NCBI GenBank assembly: GCA_024274695.1
Contig: JAJSAI010000024.1
Location: forward strand, 1-25,933
Source: an archaeon
Lineage (GTDB): Archaea > B1Sed10-29 > JAJSAI01
Length of the DNA: 25,933 bases
Direction of reading: 5' to 3'
Shown here: positions 1 to 7,978 of the stretch, piece after piece
Position numbering within the stretch: the stretch's first letter is position 1
Layout: every line of letters begins with the position of its first letter
Notes under the pieces: generated by a model
What the model saw: only the letters and a program-made list of their open reading frames with translations
What the model was told of the DNA's origin: nothing
The model's database searches: none
Made by a program: the position numbers and the translations under genes

Positions 1-390
1 AAGGAAATGATACAAAAGAACATAAGCATGCTGAAGGCCACCATAGCCTTCTTCGGTCCCGTGGTGGCGGGGATTGTTGTCACGCTTCACGAGATAGTCC
101 AGGGAGCAATAGTCTCCGCAAAACAAGCCCTGCAGTCAGCAAGCCTTGAGTACAATGTTTTCTCCGGTCTCTCCAGTATCGGAGAAAAAACGATATCCGT
201 GCAGGCCATGCAGGCGATAATAGGGATATACATTCTCCTGCTGAGCTTTGTCCTGATAAGGTACGTTACCCTGATAGAGAAGGGTGATGACACGACTGCG
301 TTCGCGCAGAATCTCGCAAGATACATTCCCGTGGTTGTAATTGTTTTCATGCTGACCAGAATGGTCTCAAAAATTGTGATAGGAGGGTGA
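1..390 (+). CDS. Type II secretion system F (TadC/PilC-like) pilus platform membrane protein, 5'-truncated by window edge
   Basis: Frame is open from base 1. Three hydrophobic segments in the arrangement of an archaeal T2SSF C-terminus. Coupled to a run of class III signal peptide genes. Confidence 0.65.
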   Translation, partial: KEMIQKNISMLKATIAFFGPVVAGIVVTLHEIVQGAIVSAKQALQSASLEYNVFSGLSSIGEKTISVQAMQAIIGIYILLLSFVLIRYVTLIEKGDDTTAFAQNLARYIPVVVIVFMLTRMVSKIVIGG

Positions 391-614
391 ATGGAATGAA
401 GGACGCAATCCTTGCAATGAAAACCATGCTTAGAGCAAAAAGAGGAGTTGAGGGACTCCGCCTGAAGTACGCCATAATACTGTTGGTGGCAGCAATAGCT
501 ATAGGGATGGCAGTATACGTGGCGACAACGATGTCTGGAGGAGTTCAGTCAGGAGTCAACCAAATCAATCAGACACTGGCAGAACAGCTGAACAAGAGCC
601 TGAACATATCATGA
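387..614 (+). CDS. Short type IV pilin (class III signal peptide), possibly the major pilin of the left locus
   Basis: KRG/VEGLRLKY followed by hydrophobic helix AIILLVAAIAIGMAVYV. GTGA overlap with the previous gene; exact start uncertain. Confidence 0.75.
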   Translation: MNGMKDAILAMKTMLRAKRGVEGLRLKYAIILLVAAIAIGMAVYVATTMSGGVQSGVNQINQTLAEQLNKSLNIS

Positions 615-1033
615 GGCGGGGAATAGAAGGAACGCCGGTAAGAGTAATGCTGTCAGTATTCCTGATGGCAGTAGTTCTGGTGCTGGCGTTCTACGAGGTG
701 AACGTCTTCAACGAGTTCAACGACAGAAGGCACTTCGTCCAGAGCGTGACCGCACTGGTTAACGGGATGAACTCTCTGGCGAAAGCAAGCGACCCAGGAA
801 GCTTCATGATGGTAAAACTCAACATCCCAGCCAACGCCAGCATAGTCCTTGACAACCAGACAAACAAGATCATAGCAGTGTACGGCCAGGAGAAAACAGA
901 ATACAACGTCACAGGGCGGCTCTTGTGGAGGAGAGAGTACAAGGCAAGCATTGTACAAGTACAGCTATACTACGGCGATCCCGGGCAGGATAAAGAATCC
1001 GACCCCAACATCATCGCGTTCGTTCCAGAGTGA
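611..1033 (+). CDS. Pilin-like protein (class III signal peptide)
   Basis: MRRG/IEGTPVRVMLSVFLMAVVLVL; ATGA overlap; several NxS/T sequons. Confidence 0.8.
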   Translation: MRRGIEGTPVRVMLSVFLMAVVLVLAFYEVNVFNEFNDRRHFVQSVTALVNGMNSLAKASDPGSFMMVKLNIPANASIVLDNQTNKIIAVYGQEKTEYNVTGRLLWRREYKASIVQVQLYYGDPGQDKESDPNIIAFVPE

Positions 1034-1040
1034 CCTGAAA

Positions 1041-1391
1041 ATGAAAGGGTTTATCTCTTGGCTGTCATCCAAAATGGCCGTGCTCCTGTTCGGAGTGGCC
1101 TTGTTCGCGGCCCTGACCAGCCTTTACACTGCATCCTACGAGTACCACAAGCAAGCTCTCATGGCAGGAGACCTTGCGCTAGTGAGAGAGACCATAAGGC
1201 TAATGCCAGAAAACGGGGTTCAGAACATTACCCTGAGCACCAGCCGAACAGTATCAGTCCAGGGCAGTCCCTGCAGGCTGAGGGTAGACCAGGCGGAGAC
1301 CCTCCTGGACTGGGCAGAGTGCCAGAGCTCGGCAGAGTCATCCGATAAGGTGACAGTGATAAAAGAAGGGGGAGTGGTCAGGATTGATTGA
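1041..1391 (+). CDS. Pilin-like protein (class III signal peptide)
   Basis: Start moved from 951 to ATG 1041, just after the previous stop, giving MKG/FISWLSSKMAVLLFGVALF. Confidence 0.7.
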   Translation: MKGFISWLSSKMAVLLFGVALFAALTSLYTASYEYHKQALMAGDLALVRETIRLMPENGVQNITLSTSRTVSVQGSPCRLRVDQAETLLDWAECQSSAESSDKVTVIKEGGVVRID

Positions 1392-1716
1392 CGAGGACAT
1401 TCCAGCACTAATACCCGTCGCGGTCATAATCACCGCCACATTCCTGGCGTTCACTCACGTGATAGTCTCCCAGGCAGTCAACTGGACGAGAGTACAGGAA
1501 AGCCTTGCACTCTACAACACTGCTGACTGGTGCTGGGAACAGCTTGGGGGAGAGTACCGCGGACAGCAGATACCAGTCCCTGAAGGATACTGTGCCGTGG
1601 TGGAAGACGCGGGAGGGAACAAGATCGCGGAAGCAGGAAACTGTCCCGGCAGAACAACCGTGTCTCTGCCCCTCCGCGTGAACGGGGGCATGGGGCGTCT
1701 GGAGGTAAGAAGGTGA
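1384..1716 (+). CDS. Pilin-like / single-TM exported protein
   Basis: TTG start overlapping the previous stop; N-terminal hydrophobic helix; fills the operon gap. No clear basic class III leader. Confidence 0.65.
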   Translation: MIDEDIPALIPVAVIITATFLAFTHVIVSQAVNWTRVQESLALYNTADWCWEQLGGEYRGQQIPVPEGYCAVVEDAGGNKIAEAGNCPGRTTVSLPLRVNGGMGRLEVRR

Positions 1717-2165
1717 TGAAGGGCCAGCTGATGGTGGACGTGCTGATGATGGTGCTCGCGTTTTCGGTAATCCTCCTTGCGGTCACGGGCACAGAATCGT
1801 TTGACACGAGCATGCTCTCTTACAGGCATGATTATTCAGTGAACCAGAAGACCCTCGAAACCGTTCTGGCCATGAACGCCACGCTCAACGGAAAAACAGC
1901 GCGGGTGATAGACTTCCTGGTGACCGGAGAGAACCTGCAGGAGCTCTCCGACTACGTTAACGCGACCCTGTACCAACTCAACAAGGGCGAGAGAAACTAC
2001 ATCCTCTACTCCCCGGGAAGACTATGGGTCTACGACAAGCAACCCACAGTGTGCATGAAACAAGTCCCGGTAGCAAGGCTGGACTACGAGACAAACTCCG
2101 GCGGGAACGTTACTGTCTTGTACGGGAGCTGGCCCGCGTGGATGAAACTACCTGAAACCTGCTAA
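1713..2165 (+). CDS. Minor pilin (class III signal peptide)
   Basis: MKG/QLMVDVLMMVLAFSVILL (Q+1, acidic +5); GTGA overlap. Confidence 0.8.
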   Translation: MMKGQLMVDVLMMVLAFSVILLAVTGTESFDTSMLSYRHDYSVNQKTLETVLAMNATLNGKTARVIDFLVTGENLQELSDYVNATLYQLNKGERNYILYSPGRLWVYDKQPTVCMKQVPVARLDYETNSGGNVTVLYGSWPAWMKLPETC

Positions 2166-2174
2166 GGTGATAGC

Positions 2175-2288
2175 ATGTTCGGGCTTGAAAAAATAGAGAA
2201 AATGGAAAAGCAGATAAAGGAGCTTCAGAGAAGAGTGGAGCTCTTGGAAGAAGAGGTGAAAATCCTCAGGAAGAAGGTAAGAAAATGA
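2175..2288 (+). CDS. 37-aa coiled-coil microprotein (MFGLEKIEKMEKQIKELQRRVELLEEEVKILRKKVRK), absent from the ORF track
   Basis: SD AGGTGA at 2165-2170; ATGA overlap with the next gene at 2285; heptad pattern; exactly fills the 2166-2284 gap. Confidence 0.8.
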   Translation: MFGLEKIEKMEKQIKELQRRVELLEEEVKILRKKVRK

Positions 2289-2704
2289 AGGGATACATGG
2301 TAACCCCCATAGTCTTCATAGCCCTCTTCATGATCGCGGCAGTGATATTCCTTAACCACATAACCCTCAGCGCAGAGTACGAGAAACAGTTCTCCTCAAG
2401 CCTTGTCTCCTCAAGAGCAGGTAACGAGTACTGGAAGAAAATGCTTGCGTGCACCGCCAGAGCTTACGAGACCATAAAAACAGAGTACTCCCCTGACAGG
2501 AGCGTTATGGAGCAGAGGATAGAACAGAGAATACTAGAGCACGACGAGCTCACGGCAGACGTGATACTGGAAAACGCTTCAGGCAAAGTGAAGGTGAGCG
2601 TGACCCCATTAAACTACAAGGTCACAGGCCGGGACCTCGAGTACGACTATACCGGGAGAACATACTCCGCCGTGCTCGGGATAGACTACACGTTCACAGG
2701 GTGA
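2285..2704 (+). CDS. Pilin-like protein (class III signal peptide)
   Basis: MKG/YMVTPIVFIALFMIAAVIF. Confidence 0.75.
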   Translation: MKGYMVTPIVFIALFMIAAVIFLNHITLSAEYEKQFSSSLVSSRAGNEYWKKMLACTARAYETIKTEYSPDRSVMEQRIEQRILEHDELTADVILENASGKVKVSVTPLNYKVTGRDLEYDYTGRTYSAVLGIDYTFTG

Positions 2705-2710
2705 AAAAAC

Positions 2711-3601
2711 ATGAGGGTAAAAGACTCAGACGTACTGCTCTCGCTGGTGAGAAGCCCTCCAACAGAATACCCCTCGCTCAAGATCCTCGCCGCCCGCGCG
2801 GGAGTGTCCGACAAGACCATGGGAAAAATACTCAAGGGAAACAGGCTGGGAGAATTCAGGGTGTGCCTGAACTACCCTCTCCTCAGGATATTCACTATAC
2901 TCGTCTACTGCGAGAGCAGCAGGCCGGTCCCGGAAGAAGAGTTCAAGGACCTTCCCTTCGTAGAAGAAGTTTACATTCCAGACTCTTTCAAGAACGAGTA
3001 CTACATAAAAGCAAAGGTCCCGAAGTACAGCAGGATCTTCAGCGTGCTAAAGCACTTCAGGCAGTCTCTTGACATGGACTACTTTGTCACGAGCATAGCG
3101 TACGAGTACGCGTACGACAACCTAATGCCCCAGGACAGCAAGTACTTTGAAGTCGAGAGGGTGAGGCTGGGAGAAAAAGACTGGAGAATCCTCGCGTCAC
3201 TGAACGAGAACGTTCTCAAAAAGCTCAGCAGAGTGTCCGAAGAGACAGGCATCCCAACGCAGACAGTCAGCTACCGGCTGAACAAGCTGAAAGAACAGAA
3301 CGTCATACTCGGGTACCCCCTCCTCCCGGACATCCGGGCCATGGAAAAAGCAGGGCTTAGGACGTACATTTACCTCGCGAGAAGATGGGACCCTCTTGAC
3401 TTCGGGGAGGAGGTCATCAACATCTCAATGCACAGGTTCCACGCTGGGTACAACCTCGGGGGAATAGCAATAGCCAGGAGCTCTGCGGTCCTAAAGAAAG
3501 GGCTCAGGGGATCCGACAAGGCAGTAGTATACAAGCTCAAGGGAGTGATAAGAGGCAACTGGATAGAGGGAGTGCTGGATGAAAGGTTTAAGGGAAGCTA
3601 A
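2711..3601 (+). CDS. Lrp/AsnC-family transcriptional regulator, double module
   Basis: AsnC-type HTH KDWRILASLNEN...LSRVSEETGIPTQTVSYRLNKLKEQNVILGY, plus an N-terminal degenerate HTH (LKILAARAGVSDKTMGK). Confidence 0.8.
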   Translation: MRVKDSDVLLSLVRSPPTEYPSLKILAARAGVSDKTMGKILKGNRLGEFRVCLNYPLLRIFTILVYCESSRPVPEEEFKDLPFVEEVYIPDSFKNEYYIKAKVPKYSRIFSVLKHFRQSLDMDYFVTSIAYEYAYDNLMPQDSKYFEVERVRLGEKDWRILASLNENVLKKLSRVSEETGIPTQTVSYRLNKLKEQNVILGYPLLPDIRAMEKAGLRTYIYLARRWDPLDFGEEVINISMHRFHAGYNLGGIAIARSSAVLKKGLRGSDKAVVYKLKGVIRGNWIEGVLDERFKGS

Positions 3602-4541
3602 TAGGGTCTTCGGGCTCGTTGGAGAAAAACTCCTACCGGACCTTTCAACCAGGACCCTCTCCGAAACTGCGGGAGAAAAGCTCACGCGAGCCCGTCTCAA
3701 GAAAATCGTGAAAACAACAGGGGCCCTGCGGGTTGTGACAAGCCTTGACCTCATGAAACTCCGGACGCACAACCTTTTCGTCTTCCTCTCTGCCAAGGAC
3801 AAGAGCAGAAAATTCAACCTTTTCAACGAGTTATGCGCCCTTCCCTTCGCCGCGAGGGTCTCGTGCGTGTCAGGGTCTGACGTTGACTTCATAATCCTGT
3901 TCAGGGCGGCCAAGTACAAGCACTTGTCCCAAGTGGTCTACCCCTCTCTTAGAAGGTACAGGGAACTCGTGAGGATAAAAGGAGTTTACCTCGCCCACGT
4001 GCCGTCCTACGACCTCTTGTATGAGTATCCTCCTGATCCCGGGAGGCACGAGAGAACAGACCTTCTTGACTGGAAGATAATAAGCCAGATAAAAGAAGAC
4101 GCGCTGAAGCCATTGAAAGAAATAGCGGACAACGTGGGTGTAAGCGAGCACACGGTAAGAGAAAGAATAAAGAGAATGAAGCAAAGGGGTATAATAAAAG
4201 GTTATATTATCGTGAAGGTGTGGGACAAGTTCCCTCCTGAACAGGTCCCCATAATGAGTATAATAGGGATCGCTGGGAAAGAAAAGAACCTGGATAGTGT
4301 CTTCAGGAGGGTTATGAACGCGCCCGCGTTCAAGCTGTTCGTATACCGTGTGTACGGTAAGTACAACTTCTTGGCAGGGTTCAGGGTTGGGAGCATGCTT
4401 GAACTGCAGTCTCTCCTGAAAAGCCTTTCAGGAGACGGGCTCAGGCTGCTTGATGTTTACATCTTGTTCGACAGAGCGTACCCGAACTGGGCGGAGTCAG
4501 TGGTTAATCACTGGGAACAAGAGAACAGGGCACTGCTTTAG
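3579..4541 (+). CDS. Lrp/AsnC-family transcriptional regulator, double module
   Basis: DLLDWKIISQIKEDALKPLKEIADNVGVSEHTVRERIKRMKQRGIIKGY; two RAM-like segments (VSGSDVDFI, VYGKYNFL). Confidence 0.85.
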   Translation: MKGLREANRVFGLVGEKLLPDLSTRTLSETAGEKLTRARLKKIVKTTGALRVVTSLDLMKLRTHNLFVFLSAKDKSRKFNLFNELCALPFAARVSCVSGSDVDFIILFRAAKYKHLSQVVYPSLRRYRELVRIKGVYLAHVPSYDLLYEYPPDPGRHERTDLLDWKIISQIKEDALKPLKEIADNVGVSEHTVRERIKRMKQRGIIKGYIIVKVWDKFPPEQVPIMSIIGIAGKEKNLDSVFRRVMNAPAFKLFVYRVYGKYNFLAGFRVGSMLELQSLLKSLSGDGLRLLDVYILFDRAYPNWAESVVNHWEQENRALL

Positions 4542-4585
4542 TTGATGTTTTCATGTCACAGGAAACAAAAGAAAAGGAAGAGGGT

Positions 4586-5377
4586 TTATGCGGTCATTAT
4601 CCTGGCTCTTCTTTCGTTCAAGAGTCCTGTAATGTCCTGCGGCGAGGACTGCTCCCATAACAGCTCGTAGTATCCTCTGAGCTCGGCTACCAGGGGAGGG
4701 TCCCTCGTTTCTATCCCACCGACAATGTTCCCTTCAAGGTCCTGCAGGCCCACTATGACAAGGCCGTCTGTTACCATCATCGAGGGCGCTGCTGACACCA
4801 TCGCCCTCGTGTTCGCGTGCGCGAGCAGTGCCAGCGCTTCCGCGCCTGCGTTTTCCAGGCTCTCTGAAGGGAAAAGCACTCTGACTCTCCCGTTCTTTCT
4901 AGCCTTTTTTCCCAGGATCCTTAGGACATTAGGTTTCACCGCTTCTCTCACGGACTCTTCCTCTGAAAAGATCACGCTCACGTTCTCCGCTGACGCGATG
5001 CCCTCGCACAGCCTCTTCTTGAGTTCTCCCTTCCCCCAGAACACTGACGTTGGTCCCTTGCACGCATGCCTCTCCCGAGCATGATGGTCCAGCACGCTGA
5101 GGATCTTCTCCTGTTCCCTCCTCTTTTCTTCCACCAGCATCCTCTTCAGCTCGGCCATGCTGATGCAAGAGTACCTCTTAGGTCTCTCAAAACCAGATGA
5201 CAGGATGCCCCTGTTCTCTAAGGCCTTGAGCACGCTGTAGACCTTGGTGACAGGGATCCCTGCCCTGCTGGCTATTTCTACAGCGGTGGCCTCTTCCCCG
5301 AACTCCAGACAGGCTGAAATGGCCTTGGACTCGTAGAGAGTGAACCCCACCCCCTGCAGTGTTTGCACGAGGTTCAA
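4586..5377 (-). CDS. TrmB-family transcriptional regulator
   Basis: GFTLYESKA...TAVEIASRAGIPVTKVYSVLKALENRG...RPKRY is a TrmB wHTH; PLD-like C-domain; TTG start with GGAGGTG SD (5384-5390). Confidence 0.9.
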   Translation of the reverse strand: MNLVQTLQGVGFTLYESKAISACLEFGEEATAVEIASRAGIPVTKVYSVLKALENRGILSSGFERPKRYSCISMAELKRMLVEEKRREQEKILSVLDHHARERHACKGPTSVFWGKGELKKRLCEGIASAENVSVIFSEEESVREAVKPNVLRILGKKARKNGRVRVLFPSESLENAGAEALALLAHANTRAMVSAAPSMMVTDGLVIVGLQDLEGNIVGGIETRDPPLVAELRGYYELLWEQSSPQDITGLLNERRARIMTA

Positions 5378-5429
5378 ACTCTACACCTCCTTGAAGCCTT
5401 TTTCCCTCCGAGGAGTTTCCACCATGCAC

Positions 5430-5443
5430 ATTTAAATCTTTTC
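5430..5443 (-). promoter_or_regulatory. BRE/TATA promoter of the TrmB gene
   Basis: Minus strand GAAAAG-ATTTAAAT about 55 nt upstream of the start. Confidence 0.5.
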
Positions 5444-5637
5444 TGCAACAAGAGTAAACCGGGAAAAGGTTTTAACCCCTCCAGGTTCCCGACAATAATC
5501 GTGAAATCTGGTCAAAAACGTTGGTTGCCGTGAGCACCTTTTTATACTCCCTGCAGGATAACCTTTTCCCTGCAAGGAGGAGGATGGAAATGATACCAGA
5601 CTTTTGGCCTTGAAAAAACAGGGGGGTGGGAAAGGAT

Positions 5638-5666
5638 GGAGTCCTTCCCGGACTCCCCCTATAAAA
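5638..5666 (+). promoter_or_regulatory. Inverted repeat GGAGTCC-N5-GGACTCC next to TATA box TATAAAA
   Basis: Perfect 7-bp IR at 5638-5656; TATA at 5660-5666, about 25 nt before GTG/ATG 5691/5694 (leaderless spacing). Confidence 0.45.
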
Positions 5667-5693
5667 CCTCACGCTTGTTCTCGGGGATCTGTG

Positions 5694-6650
5694 ATGAAAA
5701 GGAAGGATACTGATCTGAAGTCACGGTTCGCGCTCACGAACTACTGTTTCCTTATTGGCCTTCAGGAGACTGCGGAAGAATATAATGCTGTATCCCCTGA
5801 GCCAGTAGCCCTCGGGCCCGGCGGGCTGTGGGTTTCGGACAACACGCTCAGGTTTTTTGAGGACATGAAAGAATGGGTTGAGGAGAACTTTTCCAGCAGG
5901 AAGAAAATGAACCAGGTCTTCCTTGACTTGTGGGAGAGAATGGCTCGCTTCGCAAGACTTGATTTCCAGGATTACTCTGATTTCTTGGAAAGGTATTCCG
6001 GGCACGAGAAAAGCGTTGCCAGGATGCACGTGCTGGACTGGAGCGCCATGAAAGTCGCGGAAGAGAAGGATTACTTTGGGCTGGACCAGGCTTCTTTCCT
6101 CCTCGCGTCTAATCCTCCTGTGACCCTGACGTCCCAGGAGAGGGCCAGGATCTGGCTGGCCGTGAGAAAAGGGTGGTCCTGCGAGCAGCTTGGCAGGGCG
6201 TTCGGTTGGATGCGCAGGAGCCTGTTGGCAGAGGACATCGTGAAGGCCGGCGAGGCTGTCAAGAGCCTGGCCGCGGACTGGCGGCAGGTCAGGGACAACG
6301 CCCTTAAGAACCAGCAGTTCCTTGATTCCCTTCCGTTGTCCAGGAGGGAGAAGGATTTTTTGGCTAATTTGCAGCTTTTAAGGTATCTTGATTCAGGATA
6401 CCACAAGCACGCTCTTACTGGCAGGTGCGGTGCAAAGAGAGTGCTCCAAGAGGTTGGAGACAGGTTGGGCCTGAAAAGAGAGGACGTGGTCAACCTGTTG
6501 CCAGACGAGGTGGCCCGTGAAAAAATTCCTGAAGACATTGAAAGCAGGAGGAAAGGAGAGTACGTGGTTTATAAACCTGGACGAGGTAACACTGTTTCCG
6601 TGATCTCAAGGGGGTCAAAAGAATGGGAAAAGTTTTCAAGGCCGGAATAG
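5694..6650 (+). CDS. Helical protein resembling the N-terminal region of PEP-utilising mobile-domain proteins
   Basis: C-terminal ...LQEVGDRLGLKREDVVNLLPDEV...IESRRKGEYVVY resembles the segment that usually precedes the phospho-His swivel domain. Start moved to 5691/5694 based on TATA position. Confidence 0.6.
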   Translation: MKRKDTDLKSRFALTNYCFLIGLQETAEEYNAVSPEPVALGPGGLWVSDNTLRFFEDMKEWVEENFSSRKKMNQVFLDLWERMARFARLDFQDYSDFLERYSGHEKSVARMHVLDWSAMKVAEEKDYFGLDQASFLLASNPPVTLTSQERARIWLAVRKGWSCEQLGRAFGWMRRSLLAEDIVKAGEAVKSLAADWRQVRDNALKNQQFLDSLPLSRREKDFLANLQLLRYLDSGYHKHALTGRCGAKRVLQEVGDRLGLKREDVVNLLPDEVAREKIPEDIESRRKGEYVVYKPGRGNTVSVISRGSKEWEKFSRPE

Positions 6651-6919
6651 CATGTCCTGGGAGGGCTTCTGGAAGGATAGTCAAGTCCCCTGAAGAAAGG
6701 GGGATACTGGTCTTAGGAAAGGCTTTTCCTGACCTGGTTCTGAACCCGAGGGTGACAAAAGGCCTGATACTCAAGGAAGGAGGTCTGCTGTCCCATCCTG
6801 CCGTGCTCGCGAGAGAGCACAGGATCCCCTGCGTGGTGTGCCCTGATTTTGACCTGGACCACGGGATCGTGGAACTGGACGCGTTCCACGGAATAATAAG
6901 GGTACTGGAGGAAGAGTGA
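6623..6919 (+). CDS. Stand-alone PEP-utilising enzyme mobile (phosphohistidine swivel) domain
   Basis: GIACPGRASG and EGGLLSHPAVLAREHRIPCVV motifs; SD-like GGGGGT at 6610-6615. Confidence 0.85.
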   Translation: MGKVFKAGIACPGRASGRIVKSPEERGILVLGKAFPDLVLNPRVTKGLILKEGGLLSHPAVLAREHRIPCVVCPDFDLDHGIVELDAFHGIIRVLEEE

Positions 6920-6938
6920 GGAAAAGTGCTGCGGTTTT

Positions 6939-7958
6939 TCACTTCTTCCTCTTCACAACGTAGGTTATGCTGTCCCTGGCGATCTCCTTGACAGGGGACT
7001 CTAGAACGTCTCTTGTGTTCCTCTCGAACGCTTCTAGGGCCTCTTTCATGAACTCTTCCATCTTCTTTTCGGCGTAGGCCACGCTCCCGTACTCGACGAA
7101 CTTTTCTGCCACCCACTCAACTTCCTCGTCTGTCTTGGCTTCTCTTGGCTTAGCGTATATTGCTTTCAGCCGCTCTAGCTCATTCGCGGGAGCGTTCTGG
7201 ACAGCGTGCCATAGTATCAGGGTCTTGACTCCCTCGCGTATGTCGTTCCTAACGCTCTTCCCGAAGGTTTCAGGGTCTGACGTGACGTCAAGAATGTCGT
7301 CCTTCATCTGGAACGCTCTTCCCACGGGCCTTCCGTACTCTGCTATTTTTTCCACGGTCTCAGGGTCTGCTCCTGCTATTATTGCCCCCATCTGCATTGG
7401 CCCGTACACGGAATAATAAGCGCTCTTGGCCTCTATGGACTTGTAGTAGTCTTCTGGAGTGAACTTCGTGATGTCCTTGCTCTCGGTGAGCTTCATGTCA
7501 AGGTACTGTCCTTCCATGGTAACGAGCAGCATGTCATAAAATTTGTCAAGGTACCTTCTCTTGGTCTCTGGATCAAACTGGTCTGCGGCGTCAAACGCGA
7601 TCCTCCACTGGATCATGTGAAGCGCGTCTCCAGCGTTGATAGCGTACTCTGGCCCGTACAGCACGTGCGCGCTTGGCTTGCCTCTCCTCAGGTCAGCCTG
7701 GTCGTACCAGTCGTCGTGCATTAGTATCCAGTCCTCCGAGGACTGCATTGCCGCGGCGGGCAGCACCGCTTTTTCCACGTCTCCCCCGTACAATTCGGTC
7801 CACAGGATCAGGTACGCGGGTCTCTTGTATTTTCCCCTCCTGTCCACGTAGTCCCTGACCATCTTGTAGTGTTCTTTTGGTTCCCTGTCAGGGAGGTACT
7901 CACAGATCTTGTTGTACACTTTGTCAGCGTGTTTGGCAGCGTATTCCACGAAATTCAT
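6939..7958 (-). CDS. Trans-polyprenyl diphosphate synthase (probably short-chain FPP/GGPP)
   Basis: RGKYKRP; FARM HDDWYD...LRRG; EGQYLD; SARM FQMKDDILD; DIREG; GGAGGA SD. Confidence 0.93.
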   Translation of the reverse strand: MNFVEYAAKHADKVYNKICEYLPDREPKEHYKMVRDYVDRRGKYKRPAYLILWTELYGGDVEKAVLPAAAMQSSEDWILMHDDWYDQADLRRGKPSAHVLYGPEYAINAGDALHMIQWRIAFDAADQFDPETKRRYLDKFYDMLLVTMEGQYLDMKLTESKDITKFTPEDYYKSIEAKSAYYSVYGPMQMGAIIAGADPETVEKIAEYGRPVGRAFQMKDDILDVTSDPETFGKSVRNDIREGVKTLILWHAVQNAPANELERLKAIYAKPREAKTDEEVEWVAEKFVEYGSVAYAEKKMEEFMKEALEAFERNTRDVLESPVKEIARDSITYVVKRKK

Positions 7959-7978
7959 TCAGACCATTCCTCCTTTTT

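Noticed and set aside
5400-5690. SRP RNA or RNase P RNA in the long intergenic region
   Set aside because: Length is compatible, but I found neither the SRP helix 8 motif nor the RNase P P4 motif on either strand.
5604-5693. N-terminal extension of the 348-aa ORF
   Set aside because: It spans the inverted repeat and TATA box; a start at 5691/5694 fits better.
6615-6650. Programmed -1 frameshift joining the PEP-utiliser halves
   Set aside because: No in-frame X XXY YYZ heptamer (the frame reads TGG GAA AAG TTT), and the downstream ORF has its own ATG and SD-like site.
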